Of a DNA stretch of 64,000 nt, positions 19,255 through 29,625 are shown one piece after another; positions within the stretch are counted from its first letter, which is position 1; every line of letters begins with the position of its first letter. Below the pieces are notes generated by a model. It saw only the letters and a program-made list of their open reading frames with translations, searched no databases and was not told the DNA's origin. Position numbers and translations under genes: made by a program. Location: contig JAHHIK010000019.1 of NCBI GenBank assembly GCA_019358935.1, positions 29,845 through 93,844 of the forward strand, written 5' to 3'. The stretch comes from Tolypothrix carrinoi HA7290-LM1 (GTDB lineage: Bacteria > Cyanobacteriota > Cyanobacteriia > Cyanobacteriales > Nostocaceae).

Positions 19255-21810
19255 ATGCAGGGCAAGCAATCATCAATCAAGCCGAGGGTAAAGACGCGAA
19301 AGTTACGATTTTGGAGTTTTTTATTACTCTTGATTGTCAGTGCGATCGCTATCTTTCTGTTTTACCCAAGACCGCAACCAGTAGTCAAACGCGAAAGCAA
19401 TTACTTAATTCATAGACGGCAAGAATTTAATCAGCCTGAATTTTACCCAATCAAGCCATCCGAAAACTTAAAACTCTATCGACCTGTCGGTGAGTGGGTA
19501 GGAAAACTGATTTTACCCAAGAAAGAGCAGATAGACGCAAAATCGGACTGGTCGTGGTTACTAGTTCAACATGCACCAACTCAAGCGCAAAACCTTATCG
19601 GTCAAGTCGTTCGTTTGCAATGGAAAGATAAGCAAAACTCTTACGTAAAAACCACAAGCAGAGATGTGCGTTTTACTCCTGGCACTATCAAGAGTCAAAA
19701 TAAGGGAATAGTTCATCCAAACCGTCTCAATGGTCGTCTTGGTGTCGGACCGCTACAGTCACTCGCTGGTGCGAAACCGAATGATGATATGATTGTTACC
19801 TTAGACCGTGCCGATGTCGTGACGGGCAGTGACGGTAAACCAGTTCTGCAAATTGAGCAAGAACCAACCCAGGCAACCGGACGCTTTTACGCTTTAGTGA
19901 AAATTCTCAAGCCAGAAGTAGCAAGCAGCACCTACCCGGCTCCGAAATTTTGTCCGGGAACGCGCCCCTGTCCGAGCGAATATTTCCGCGTTCGTCATTA
20001 CAATCCGGCATCCGGTAACTTTGACGGACCAGAGGGAACAGTCAGGATTCCCCAGCAAATTTTAGATTCACGGGCATTCTTTTCATCTACTTCGCGCCAA
20101 ATAGAAGCATCCCCCGCAGGCAAAGAAGGGTGGTATATATACGGTGCAAGAGATGCTAAAGGTATGTTTGTTACTCAAGCAGTAGCACCGCGATCGCTCT
20201 TTAAAATAGAACCAGATCGCGTATTGTTGGGAACATCCGCAGGGCTAAAATACATTAAAGTAGATAATTGGCGCAATACCGAGCAAAACAAAGGCAAGAT
20301 TGAAACAGTTTTGCTCGATCCGACAGTAGCCCAACCGCTGCAAGCGCTATCAAACTGGAAACCAGGAGATAAAGCGATCGTCATGCACCTATTTGGCGGT
20401 ATTGGCGGCAAACAAGGTGAAATCAGTGGGCTGATGCGTTTAGCCAACACTGTCGCCGGACACTTTGCCTTTGGAGTAGCTGAAGTAGTTCGCGACCCCT
20501 TCACGCAAGAGTTACGCTTTGACATCAAATATCATCAAGTTTACGCTCACAGTCCTGACGGGATAATATCCGGGACACAGCGCTGGGCAAACTATATGGG
20601 TAACTTTCAATGGGGATGGGCTGCAACGCGACCGGTTTCTGATGTTGTCGTCAAGTTTGAACCTGTGACGCAAGATTATGATTTTGGTGGCATTAAGCTT
20701 TCACCCTTGCAGGAATTTACCCGGCAGTTGCAGATTATGATGGCTCGTTATCGAGTCGGAGATGGAACGGGAAGTGCAACAGTTAGTCCTGCTACTTCTT
20801 GCGTTCAAGATGCCAGTCAAGCACTTTACATTACCTTGAAAGTCATCGAACAGCAAGTTACTTCAAATCCAGCAATCCAGAAGTGGCTTAAGGATCATCC
20901 TAGCGATCCGCAAACTTTTCGCTTTGAAAAGCTAGTTTCTCTCGGTTCATCTTTAGAACGGCAATTGAGTCCTTTGGGGATAGTCCGCGCTGACTGGGAA
21001 AGCAATGCATCTGCTTTAAGCGGAATCGGTAACGAAGAAGAGCCAAGGCTATCTCAAAACCGTAGCATCTGGGCAGCGCTGACAAGTTGGCGGACAATGT
21101 TACCCCGACAAGCGCACGATGAACTTGCTAGTATCTTCTTAAGCCAAAATGCGAAACTCTGGTTTCTGCGAAGCAACCAAATTGGCGGATGGCAGCAGGA
21201 TATTATTCCAGAGGAAGCAACGGCAGTACTTGGCAGATTGAAGCTTCCCTTTACCAATGTTGCACCGATCCCGATTCTGTTGAATCGTGTATTAGGGTCT
21301 TTTGTCATACCCAATCAACAAGATTGGCTGATAGTAGGAGTGACATTATTGATTTATAGCGCGATCGCTCTACCCTTGGGCTTCTATTCCGGATTTTTGC
21401 GCTTTAATCTTTCCCCTATCAACTTACCTAACCGGTTATTTACAGGATTTCGAGCTTCGATAATTCCTGCTTTTCTAGAAGAGTTAGTATTTCGCGTTTT
21501 GATGCTTCCCCACCCCATAGAACTAGTCAATTGGGTAACGTGGTCATTGTGGGCAGCATTTTGTTTACTACTGTTTGTCCTTTATCACCCGTTCAATGCC
21601 AAAACCTTTTATAAAGCGGGAATTCCCACCTTTTTTCAGCCAGTTTTCCTTGCATTAACGGCATTGTTGGGTTTAGCCTGTACGATCGCCTATGCATTGA
21701 CCGGTTGTTTGTGGACAATATTTTGCATCCACTCGATTATATTGCTAGTTTGGCTGCTAGGATTTGGAGGAATGCAAAAGTTGCGATCGCACCACACACA
21801 CCCAGCCTGA
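19255..21810 (+). CDS. CPBP/Abi (CAAX-like) protease domain protein with large N-terminal domain
   Basis: C-terminal TM region with EELVFR, FVLYHP and H motifs. Confidence 0.8.
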   Translation: MQGKQSSIKPRVKTRKLRFWSFLLLLIVSAIAIFLFYPRPQPVVKRESNYLIHRRQEFNQPEFYPIKPSENLKLYRPVGEWVGKLILPKKEQIDAKSDWSWLLVQHAPTQAQNLIGQVVRLQWKDKQNSYVKTTSRDVRFTPGTIKSQNKGIVHPNRLNGRLGVGPLQSLAGAKPNDDMIVTLDRADVVTGSDGKPVLQIEQEPTQATGRFYALVKILKPEVASSTYPAPKFCPGTRPCPSEYFRVRHYNPASGNFDGPEGTVRIPQQILDSRAFFSSTSRQIEASPAGKEGWYIYGARDAKGMFVTQAVAPRSLFKIEPDRVLLGTSAGLKYIKVDNWRNTEQNKGKIETVLLDPTVAQPLQALSNWKPGDKAIVMHLFGGIGGKQGEISGLMRLANTVAGHFAFGVAEVVRDPFTQELRFDIKYHQVYAHSPDGIISGTQRWANYMGNFQWGWAATRPVSDVVVKFEPVTQDYDFGGIKLSPLQEFTRQLQIMMARYRVGDGTGSATVSPATSCVQDASQALYITLKVIEQQVTSNPAIQKWLKDHPSDPQTFRFEKLVSLGSSLERQLSPLGIVRADWESNASALSGIGNEEEPRLSQNRSIWAALTSWRTMLPRQAHDELASIFLSQNAKLWFLRSNQIGGWQQDIIPEEATAVLGRLKLPFTNVAPIPILLNRVLGSFVIPNQQDWLIVGVTLLIYSAIALPLGFYSGFLRFNLSPINLPNRLFTGFRASIIPAFLEELVFRVLMLPHPIELVNWVTWSLWAAFCLLLFVLYHPFNAKTFYKAGIPTFFQPVFLALTALLGLACTIAYALTGCLWTIFCIHSIILLVWLLGFGGMQKLRSHHTHPA

Positions 21811-22938
21811 ACCGAAGGCTAGTAACCGTGAAGTTCAAACTTTGCACAGCATCTTTCCTGTAATGATGCTGATTTTTTTTGAAGGTGTTTATTTCAGACT
21901 TTCACAAGCGATTTATTGTACTGTTGACGAGGTATTTCAACATAAATAAATCCTCAATTAAGTTATGTTTAATGGTAATTTAAACATAACTTAATTCATA
22001 ATTAACCAAAAATGTAAATTTTTTCATTTTTGTAGCTATAATCACATTTACGCATCAAAATAATCAATAAATAAAAGCTCTAAATATGCTGTCAGCCATA
22101 TCTATCTATTTAAATTTAAAAATTGCTTGACACGGATGGCTTTAATCTTTTAGTATAACTTTTGATAGATTTTCAGTGTCAAAAATAATATATACTAAAG
22201 TTAACAATTCAAGCCAAATTTTTGAGGTAGCAAGTTATTAAGAAGACCACTAGCAGTACTAGAAACTAATCCTAGTTTAAGGAAGCTAATAAATATCTAG
22301 ATTTTGTTTAGAACAGCGCTTCAGCTTTTAGTAAACGCTTATGCAGCCAGCATAATACTCATGCTACTAGCCTAGACAAGTTGGTTTATCAGTTTGTATA
22401 AGTCAGCAAAGCTTCAAGAGATGACGATACTGTAAAAATGTGAATTCTATATCTGCACAGACAAAATTTGACTGAAGCCAGTGCATATACTAACTGGAGT
22501 TTTACTATGTCTTCTAGCTTATCAAATAAAACAAATCAATTAGTTACATTCAAAAAGTATTTGCGTTCTGCCAATCTACAGTTTCTGAGAACATCAAATA
22601 TTGGCGAATTTCTCCTTCAGCACTCGCAACTCTTCAAACCATGAATAAGTGATATTTACATAATTTACGCACTTTACAAATAGACCATTATGTGTATGGT
22701 AATAAAAGTATGGTTTTGCAATAGTCAGAAGGAAAAACTTTTCATTTCTATCTCAGGCATTGCATAAGTTGATTTTGGTTGCGGCTATATGAAAAAGAAA
22801 GTAAGTAAGTCTTAATCACAGAGAGCAGCTTTTTGCCAATGCGTAAGTTCTAATTTCTAATCCACAACATTTCTGAAAGTGCGACTGCTATTGTAGCCAA
22901 AAAACAAAAATCAACAACATTTATTCGACGATTAAAGT

Positions 22939-23574
22939 ATGAAATATAACAGCATTGAACAAATCATCAAAAATAATCGGGCTTGGGTTGCACAAAAACA
23001 AACCCTAGACAGCACTTACTTTGAAGAAATGGCAACTGGACAAAAACCGCCTTATCTCTACATTGGCTGTTCAGACAGTCGTCTAGCCCTAACAAGATTT
23101 CCCGGCACAGAACCCGGAGAGTTATTTGTCCATCGCAATATTGCCAATCAAGTTTCTCTCACGGATATGAACTTTTTAGCCATTTTAGAATACGCAGTTG
23201 TCCATCTTGAGGTAAAACACATTATTGTTGCTGGACACTACGGTTGTGGTGGAATTAAGGCGGCTTTAGAAAGCAGAACAATTGGACTTATAGATAATTG
23301 GGTGAATCCAATTCGAGAAATATATTTACAAAAACAAGACGAAATTGATGCTTTGCCAACACAAGAAGAACGCTTGAATCGTTTAGCAGAGTTGAATGTG
23401 ATGCTGCAAGTTAAAAATGTCTACCAAACTAGCATAATGCGTCAGTCACTCGCACAGTAAAAAGCGCCTGAGGTTCATGGCTGGGTGGTGGATATACGCA
23501 CCGGGTTGATCAAAGACCTGCAAGTCTCAACCAAAGAATGGCAACTGCGCTCATTATCTCTTGCTGCACTTTGA
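22939..23574 (+). pseudogene. Beta-carbonic anhydrase interrupted by an in-frame TAA at 23458-23460
   Basis: CSDSR, GELFVHRNIAN, HYGCGG; frame continues after the stop as KAPEVHGWVVDIRTGLIKDL to TGA 23572-23574. Confidence 0.8.
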
Positions 23575-24544
23575 GGTAGGATGACTAAGGGCTATATAGG
23601 AGGCGATCGCCTTCTGGATGCCTTTACCTCAAGCGATGGATAAAAATCTATATCAACCGCTGTCTCGTCCACTGTTTGTCTACGTCAACTACCACTCTGC
23701 CCAAATCAAACCCAAAGTTAGATTTTGTTCAATTCAATCAAGGTGAGGTTGGGACAGTGTTTAATGGGGAGGCTCAGTTAAACCTCACCCTGACGCAAGT
23801 GTTACGCAAACGAGCAACCTTATTTTAGCTTATAGCGCGATCGCACTTTCAGAGCGCATCAATGCGATCGCTATACAAAGGAAAGCACATCCGCAAAGCT
23901 TTTGGGCGGCAACGTTTTTCCTTGCCGCTCTATGCATGACTATCCGCAGTTTTTTTCAGTGGGAATTTTCCCAAATTTAAGCAGGCTAGGCGATCCCCAT
24001 TTTTTATTAGTTAATTGCATCCACTTACTTGCTTAAATTTATCAAAGTATGCTGCGTTGATATCAGATAAATTATATCATGAAGTTTTGTAATATAGATA
24101 ACATTTCCCTATGAAGTGGGTAGCCTAAAATGAGTTACTTTCCTGGCTATCTGCGGCGAAATCTGGCTTTAGTCATAAAAAAACCGCGTTAAGGCAAGAA
24201 AAAGTACATCTCAAGATACTGTTTGATTTTAGGTTAATTCATTTACATTGAAATTATCAAACCACATACCTAACAGCGGCGCTTAACAGACTAATAATTT
24301 AAAAAAATACCAATTTTATAATTTCTTTGTTATTTTGTATTTAACGGGACAGTTCTAAGTCTGGAGGGTGAGTTTAAATATCAATTGATTACACAATTTG
24401 ATTATCATATCATTCGTGTAAATCAATTCATTCTCTCTTGCCATAATTGTATTTAAAACACAATTCAAATGGCGAAAATAGCTAGCGTAGTAATACGCAA
24501 CCATTGGCAAAATCATTAAAACCAGGAAAATCTTAGTTAAGAAT

Positions 24545-24904
24545 ATGCTCAGAACAAACAATCGACGGATCATCTTCTCTGCTTTTGTTAACTCCGCAGA
24601 AGAAATCAAAAAGACAGAAATCAAAAGTCAATTCGCTCAACCTAAACCAGATTTCCTGCAACCTTTACGTCAATGGCTTGATTCTCTAGAGATTCAAAAC
24701 CCTAAACTAGCGAAATTTATTGCTAAACTAATTCCCGCACAATGTCCCTTCGAGCGCGATATAATGCTCTTTGGTCGCAAAATAGCTCATATTCCACCGA
24801 TGTGCAAGCTGAATCCTCTTTACGATCAGTTTGTGGGCTTGCGTTTTCGCGCTTTGTGCTATCTAGTAGATCAATGTGGTGAAGACATCCAGTCTTACTG
24901 CTGA
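24545..24904 (+). CDS. Mo-dependent nitrogenase C-terminal-like domain protein
   Basis: IPAQCPFERDI, HIPPMCKLNPLYDQFVGLRFRALCYL. Confidence 0.85.
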   Translation: MLRTNNRRIIFSAFVNSAEEIKKTEIKSQFAQPKPDFLQPLRQWLDSLEIQNPKLAKFIAKLIPAQCPFERDIMLFGRKIAHIPPMCKLNPLYDQFVGLRFRALCYLVDQCGEDIQSYC

Positions 24905-24926
24905 TTGTAATTACGATTAACGCAAG

Positions 24927-25199
24927 ATGGAAATTAAAATTGAGCATCAACCCAGTCTAGAACATTTGCACAACTTAGGTGTGTTCGCATGGGACATTTG
25001 GGAAAAAGAAATCTCAAAATTTCCCTGGACTTATGATTCTCAAGAAACTTGTTACTTTTTAGCAGGTAATGTCATAGTTACCCCTGATGGGGGACAACCA
25101 GTACAAATGGGTCAGGGTGATTTAGTAATTTTTCCAGCAGGAATGTCGTGTATGTGGGAAATTACCAGCGACGTGAAAAAACATTATTTCTTTGATTAG
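24927..25199 (+). CDS. Cupin (DUF861) protein
   Basis: W.IWEKE.SKFPWTYD..ETCY, GDLVIFPAGMSC.W. Confidence 0.85.
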   Translation: MEIKIEHQPSLEHLHNLGVFAWDIWEKEISKFPWTYDSQETCYFLAGNVIVTPDGGQPVQMGQGDLVIFPAGMSCMWEITSDVKKHYFFD

Positions 25200-25382
25200 T
25201 CAAGAATCAAGCAATTAGCTTTTAGCTAAAACGCTATAAAAGACAGCTAGATATATCACAAATTGAACTAATTGACAAGTTCGATATCATAGCAGTCTCC
25301 AAACAATTTTTTCTTCTCTTCACACCGCGCATTCGATAGCTAATAATTAATAGCTAGCAGCTTTTTGTCCCTTTATCTAAAT

Positions 25383-25477
25383 TAGGACTTACGCACCCAC
25401 TAAAGTCTTGTAGGGGCAATTGATGAATTACCCCTACGTAAATTCAAAGTTTTAACGACATGAGTGCGTAAGTCCTA
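25383..25477. mobile_element. MITE-like element with an internal GTAGGGGCAATT palindrome
   Basis: TA-GGACTTACGCA...TGCGTAAGTCC-TA; second copy at 27510-27602. Confidence 0.7.
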
Positions 25478-25646
25478 TAAATAAAGAACGTAGTGAGCGG
25501 TAAACCGCTCAAATCTTCGCTTTTAACGGCTAAAGCCGTTACTACGTTAAAACCTATTCTTCAGACATCGCTCATAATCATGTTAGTGGGGGGTTGGCAG
25601 ATAAAGATGCTCCCACAGCAATTTTTATGAGGAGGAGGAAGAAAAG

Positions 25647-26393
25647 ATGTTATTACATTTGAGTACGTGGCAGGAAGTTGAAGCTTATTTACAGCAGTCT
25701 CGTGGTATAATCCTTCCTATAGGTTCCACCGAACAACATGGACCTACAGGATTAATTGGGACTGATGCGATTTGTGCAGAAGCGATCGCTCGTGGTGTTG
25801 GTGAAGCAACTCAAGCATTAGTCGGTCCGACAATCAATGTCGGCATGGCGCTGCATCACACCGCTTTCCCCGGTACAATCAGTTTGCGTCCCAGCACTTT
25901 GATTTTGCTGGTAAAAGAGTATGTAACTTGTTTAACTAAAGTCGGTTTTACCAAGTTCTATTTTATCAACGGGCACGGCGGGAATATCGCCACTCTAAAA
26001 GCTGCTTTTTCCGAAACTTACGCGCACCTGGAAGATTTGCAGATTGCCAATGCCGAAAAAGTGCAATGTCAAGTTGCAAACTGGTTTATGTGCGGTTCTG
26101 TATATAAATTAGCTAAAGAATTATACGGCAATCAAGAAGGTTCTCACGCAACGCCGAGTGAAGTAGCTTTGACCCAGTACGTTTATCCAGAAGCGATTAA
26201 GCAAGCACCTTTGTCAACAGAAGTCGCAACCGGACATAGAATTTATGGTGCAGCTAACTTTCGGCAACATTACCCAGATGGACGCATGGGTTCAAATCCC
26301 GCATTAGCGACACCAGAACACGGTAAGCAGTTTTACGATTTGGCAGTGAAAGAACTCAGCAACGATTATTTAGAATTTGTGAACGCAGAATAA
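25647..26393 (+). CDS. Creatininase-family protein
   Basis: PIGSTEQHGP, GTD, INGHGGN, SHA..E. Confidence 0.9.
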   Translation: MLLHLSTWQEVEAYLQQSRGIILPIGSTEQHGPTGLIGTDAICAEAIARGVGEATQALVGPTINVGMALHHTAFPGTISLRPSTLILLVKEYVTCLTKVGFTKFYFINGHGGNIATLKAAFSETYAHLEDLQIANAEKVQCQVANWFMCGSVYKLAKELYGNQEGSHATPSEVALTQYVYPEAIKQAPLSTEVATGHRIYGAANFRQHYPDGRMGSNPALATPEHGKQFYDLAVKELSNDYLEFVNAE

Positions 26394-26422
26394 ACCTTAT
26401 ACGTCGATAAATTTAACGTATT

Positions 26423-26451
26423 GTAGAGACGTTCCAATGGAACGTCTCTAC
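26423..26451. repeat. REP-like palindrome GTAGAGACGTTCC-N3-GGAACGTCTCTAC
   Basis: Relatives at 5798, 15443, 33437, 46220, 49068, 52636 and 55252. Confidence 0.85.
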
Positions 26452-26568
26452 GATTCATCCGACGGTTATGCAACGCTTTATGTTTTAATTTTTCTCATAA
26501 ATAACAGATTGAGACTTAAAAAATCAAGGATTTTAGTGTCTGATAAAACTATCGTGACATGAGGTACT

Positions 26569-27396
26569 ATGATGTCCCTGAAGAGTAAATGTGCATTGAT
26601 TACAGGAAGTTCACGCGGTATTGGTAGAGCGATCGCTTTGAAATTAGCCGAGCATGGTGTCAAAGTTGCTATTCACTACTATCAAAATGACGAAGCTGCT
26701 AACGATACTCTATTACAAGTAAGGCAGCGAGGCGCAGATGGCTTTATAGTGCAAGCCGATGTCTCACTGCCAACAGACATCAATCACATATTTGATCAAG
26801 TTCAGGAAAAGTTCGGCAAGCTGGATATTTTCGTGAGCAATGCCCGACCGGATATGCCGACGTTCTACCAAAAGCCGATGGAGATGACTTTAGACCATTG
26901 GCGTGCAGCAATGGATTCTCAAGCTCAAGCATTCCTCCTTGGAACTCAAAAAGCCGCCAAGCTGATGCCGGATGGAGGCAGGATTATCGCCATTACCTAT
27001 TCTCCAAGTGGGCGTACCGGAAGCTGGCAGCCTTGGGCTGCAATGGGAACAGCTAAAGCCGCACTAGAATCACTTTGTCGCTACTTTGCCGTCGCACTTG
27101 GATCTCGCGGCATTACTGTCAATGGTGTGAGTCCTGGTTGTATCTTTGGCGAACCCAACCCAGTAGAAGGTGGGGTTTTGCGTTTGTTGCCGCAAGCCGT
27201 ACAGGAAGCAACTCAAACCTGGCACCAAAGCGGATGGACACCCATGAGGCGGCTTGGAACTCCAGAAGATATCGCCAATGCAGTCATGCTTTTATGTATG
27301 AAGGAAGCTAGCTTTATTACGGGTCAAATAATTCATGTGGACGGTGGCGCTTCCATCATGGACTCAGTGTATCCCCTCAATATTCAGCAGGGATAA
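26569..27396 (+). CDS. SDR oxidoreductase (FabL/enoyl-ACP-reductase-like)
   Basis: TGSSRGIG, LDIFVSNA, MGTAKAALE, VNGVSPG, ITGQIIHVDGG. Confidence 0.85.
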   Translation: MMSLKSKCALITGSSRGIGRAIALKLAEHGVKVAIHYYQNDEAANDTLLQVRQRGADGFIVQADVSLPTDINHIFDQVQEKFGKLDIFVSNARPDMPTFYQKPMEMTLDHWRAAMDSQAQAFLLGTQKAAKLMPDGGRIIAITYSPSGRTGSWQPWAAMGTAKAALESLCRYFAVALGSRGITVNGVSPGCIFGEPNPVEGGVLRLLPQAVQEATQTWHQSGWTPMRRLGTPEDIANAVMLLCMKEASFITGQIIHVDGGASIMDSVYPLNIQQG

Positions 27397-27625
27397 ACTG
27401 TTGTGCATTTAATACGCCCCTAATCCCTCTCCTTTATAAGGATGCGGCTATAGCGAATGGTAGGTCTGACCCCTCATTTTATCAACAAACCCTCGTAATC
27501 TTTAGTTAATACGACTTACGCAAAACTAACGAATTGTAGGGGCAATTCATGAATTGCCCCTACGTCAACTCAAGGTTTTGGCGAGATGAGTGCGTAAGTC
27601 CTGGTTAAAACAAAATATCACTTGT

Positions 27626-27848
27626 TTAACTACGAGCGATACCTTCTTCACGCGCTGCACTAGCAACAGCACTGACAACTCGCTCATCAAAGACTGAAGG
27701 TATAATATGTTCGCGATTCAAATCTCTTGGTTTAACCAAAGAAGCGATGCCTTCTCTACGAGAGGCTTCGCCAACGGCGAGCTTCGCTAACGCACTAGCT
27801 GCTTCCAGATACATTAGTACGGAAATCGTCGCCGCTCGACAATCTAAA
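27626..27848 (-). pseudogene. Malic enzyme 3' fragment, copy A
   Basis: Aligns to 30382-30574; diverged, with a 12-bp deletion and a 42-nt insert in HIP1. Confidence 0.9.
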
Positions 27849-27947
27849 TCGTGAACGAGACGGTATATTTTCGATATAGTCGCAGTTATATAGCGAACTA
27901 CTCCAAGTTATCGAGTCCTTGAACATCCAACGAAGAATAAGCAAATT

Positions 27948-29144
27948 ATGATCGACTTCAGCCTCACTCAAGAACAACTTTTGTTGCAGAAGACAGCGCG
28001 TGACTTTGCCGAAAGCGAGATTAAGCCGATCGCCAAGATAATTGACGAATCTAACGATCCCAATATCATACCTTGGGATTTTTGTCAAGGCGTATTTCGC
28101 AAAGGAGCCGATTTAGGATTTACGTCTTTGCTGCTTCCACAAGAGTACGGTGGTATGGGTGGAAAGTGTATAGATTTGGTTTTGGTTCAGGAAGAACTCG
28201 GCGTTGCCGATGTCAGCATTGCCTGTAGCTACTTCAATCTTACCGCGAGCATGTCCCTTTTCCTTACCAGAGCCGGCACCCAAGAACAGCAAAAGCGGAT
28301 GTTGTCGTCTGTAAGCTCGTCTTCGCCTCATCTGTTTAGTGTCGCAGAAAGTGAGCCAAACGTGGCAAGCTCGGATCTCTTCTGTCCCTCACCCGATCCC
28401 CAAATTGGAATGAAGACATTTGCTTCTTCAGATGGCGATCGCTACGTCCTCAACGGCAATAAGTCGGGGTTAATCACAAATGCTGGGATCGCCGATGCAT
28501 ATTTTATCATGGCACGCACATCTTTAGACAAACCGATGCGAGAGAGCATGTCCATGTTCTACGTGCCGGCTGATACACCGGGTCTGAAGTTCGGCAAGAG
28601 AACTCAGATGATTGGCTGGAAACCCTCTCATCACACTGAAATCTACCTCGACAACGTGCGGGTGCCTGCGGAAAATCTGATTGGGCAAGAGGGACAAGCT
28701 GGTGCGCTTTTGATGTTGCTTCCTGAGGTGTCTATCGGACTCGCAGCTAGTCATGTGGGTTTGGCTCGTGCAGCGTATGAATACGCACTTAATTATGCCA
28801 AGCAGCGGGTAAGCTGGGGTCGTCCGATTATTGAGCATCAAGCTGTGGCTTTAAAGCTAGCTGACATGATGGTGAATACGCAGGCTGCACGATTGATGGT
28901 GTGGGATGCAGCGATCGCAGCAGACACCGATCCTCAACTTGCCGCGACGGTTAAGGCACCGGCAGCCAAGACGTTTGCGGTGGATGTGGCAATTAAGAAC
29001 GCGCAAACAGCAGTTGAGATTCTCGGTGGTTCTGGAATCACTAAAGAGTATCAAACTGGCAAATTTTTGAATGACGCTTGGATCGGATATTCCTGTGACT
29101 TCACGCGAGAGATATTGCGGCTTAATTTGGTAAACTTTATGTGA
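27948..29144 (+). CDS. Acyl-CoA dehydrogenase
   Basis: MIDFSLT.EQ, LPQEYGGMG, ESEP, YVLNGNK, R..WGRPIIEHQAV. Confidence 0.9.
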   Translation: MIDFSLTQEQLLLQKTARDFAESEIKPIAKIIDESNDPNIIPWDFCQGVFRKGADLGFTSLLLPQEYGGMGGKCIDLVLVQEELGVADVSIACSYFNLTASMSLFLTRAGTQEQQKRMLSSVSSSSPHLFSVAESEPNVASSDLFCPSPDPQIGMKTFASSDGDRYVLNGNKSGLITNAGIADAYFIMARTSLDKPMRESMSMFYVPADTPGLKFGKRTQMIGWKPSHHTEIYLDNVRVPAENLIGQEGQAGALLMLLPEVSIGLAASHVGLARAAYEYALNYAKQRVSWGRPIIEHQAVALKLADMMVNTQAARLMVWDAAIAADTDPQLAATVKAPAAKTFAVDVAIKNAQTAVEILGGSGITKEYQTGKFLNDAWIGYSCDFTREILRLNLVNFM

Positions 29145-29154
29145 ACTACAGATA

Positions 29155-29294
29155 TAGCGGCAGACCTAACCCCCCAGCCCCCTTCCCTAGGAGGGAAGGG
29201 GGAGTCCAGTTCCCTCCCCTTGCAGGGGAGGGGGGTTTTGCGTAGCAAAACCGGGGAGAGGTTAGCGCGTACCTCACTCAACCCAAAAGCGCTA
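29155..29294. mobile_element. 140-bp MITE with TA target duplication
   Basis: TA|TAGCG...CGCTA|TA; absent from the paralogous empty site near 30320. Confidence 0.8.
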
Positions 29295-29355
29295 TAAACA
29301 CAGATGTATCAAATTCATCTGTATTTATCTGTAGTTAAAATCAAATATCAGTTGT

Positions 29356-29489
29356 TCAACTGCGAGCGATACCTTCTTCACGCGCTGCGCGTTGCACAGC
29401 ACCAGAAACAGCGCTGACAACTCTCTCGTCAAAGACTGAAGGTATAATATGTTCGCGATTCAAATCTGAAGGTTTAACTAAAGAAGCGA
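29356..29489 (-). pseudogene. Malic enzyme 3' fragment, copy B
   Basis: Aligns to 30382-30515 and ends inside HIP1 (GCGA|TCGC). Confidence 0.9.
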
Positions 29490-29625
29490 ATTTTGGTAAA
29501 TTTTTCCACAATCAAAAAGCGATCGCCTCCCAAAAATCGCATTATTAAATTATATCATGGCTAAGGGCTAGGAAATTATCAGGTATTCGCTGCCGCTCAA
29601 TTTACCTGTTAGAGGTAATAAGAAG

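Noticed and set aside
24545..24904. Nitrogenase gene
   Set aside because: Only the small domain family named after nitrogenase; no nif structural motifs
29334..29349. 13-nt match (TAAAATCAAATAT) to the predicted TnpB guide at the ME 3' spacer
   Set aside because: Very AT-rich, the first two seed positions mismatch, and the TAM is unknown; likely chance
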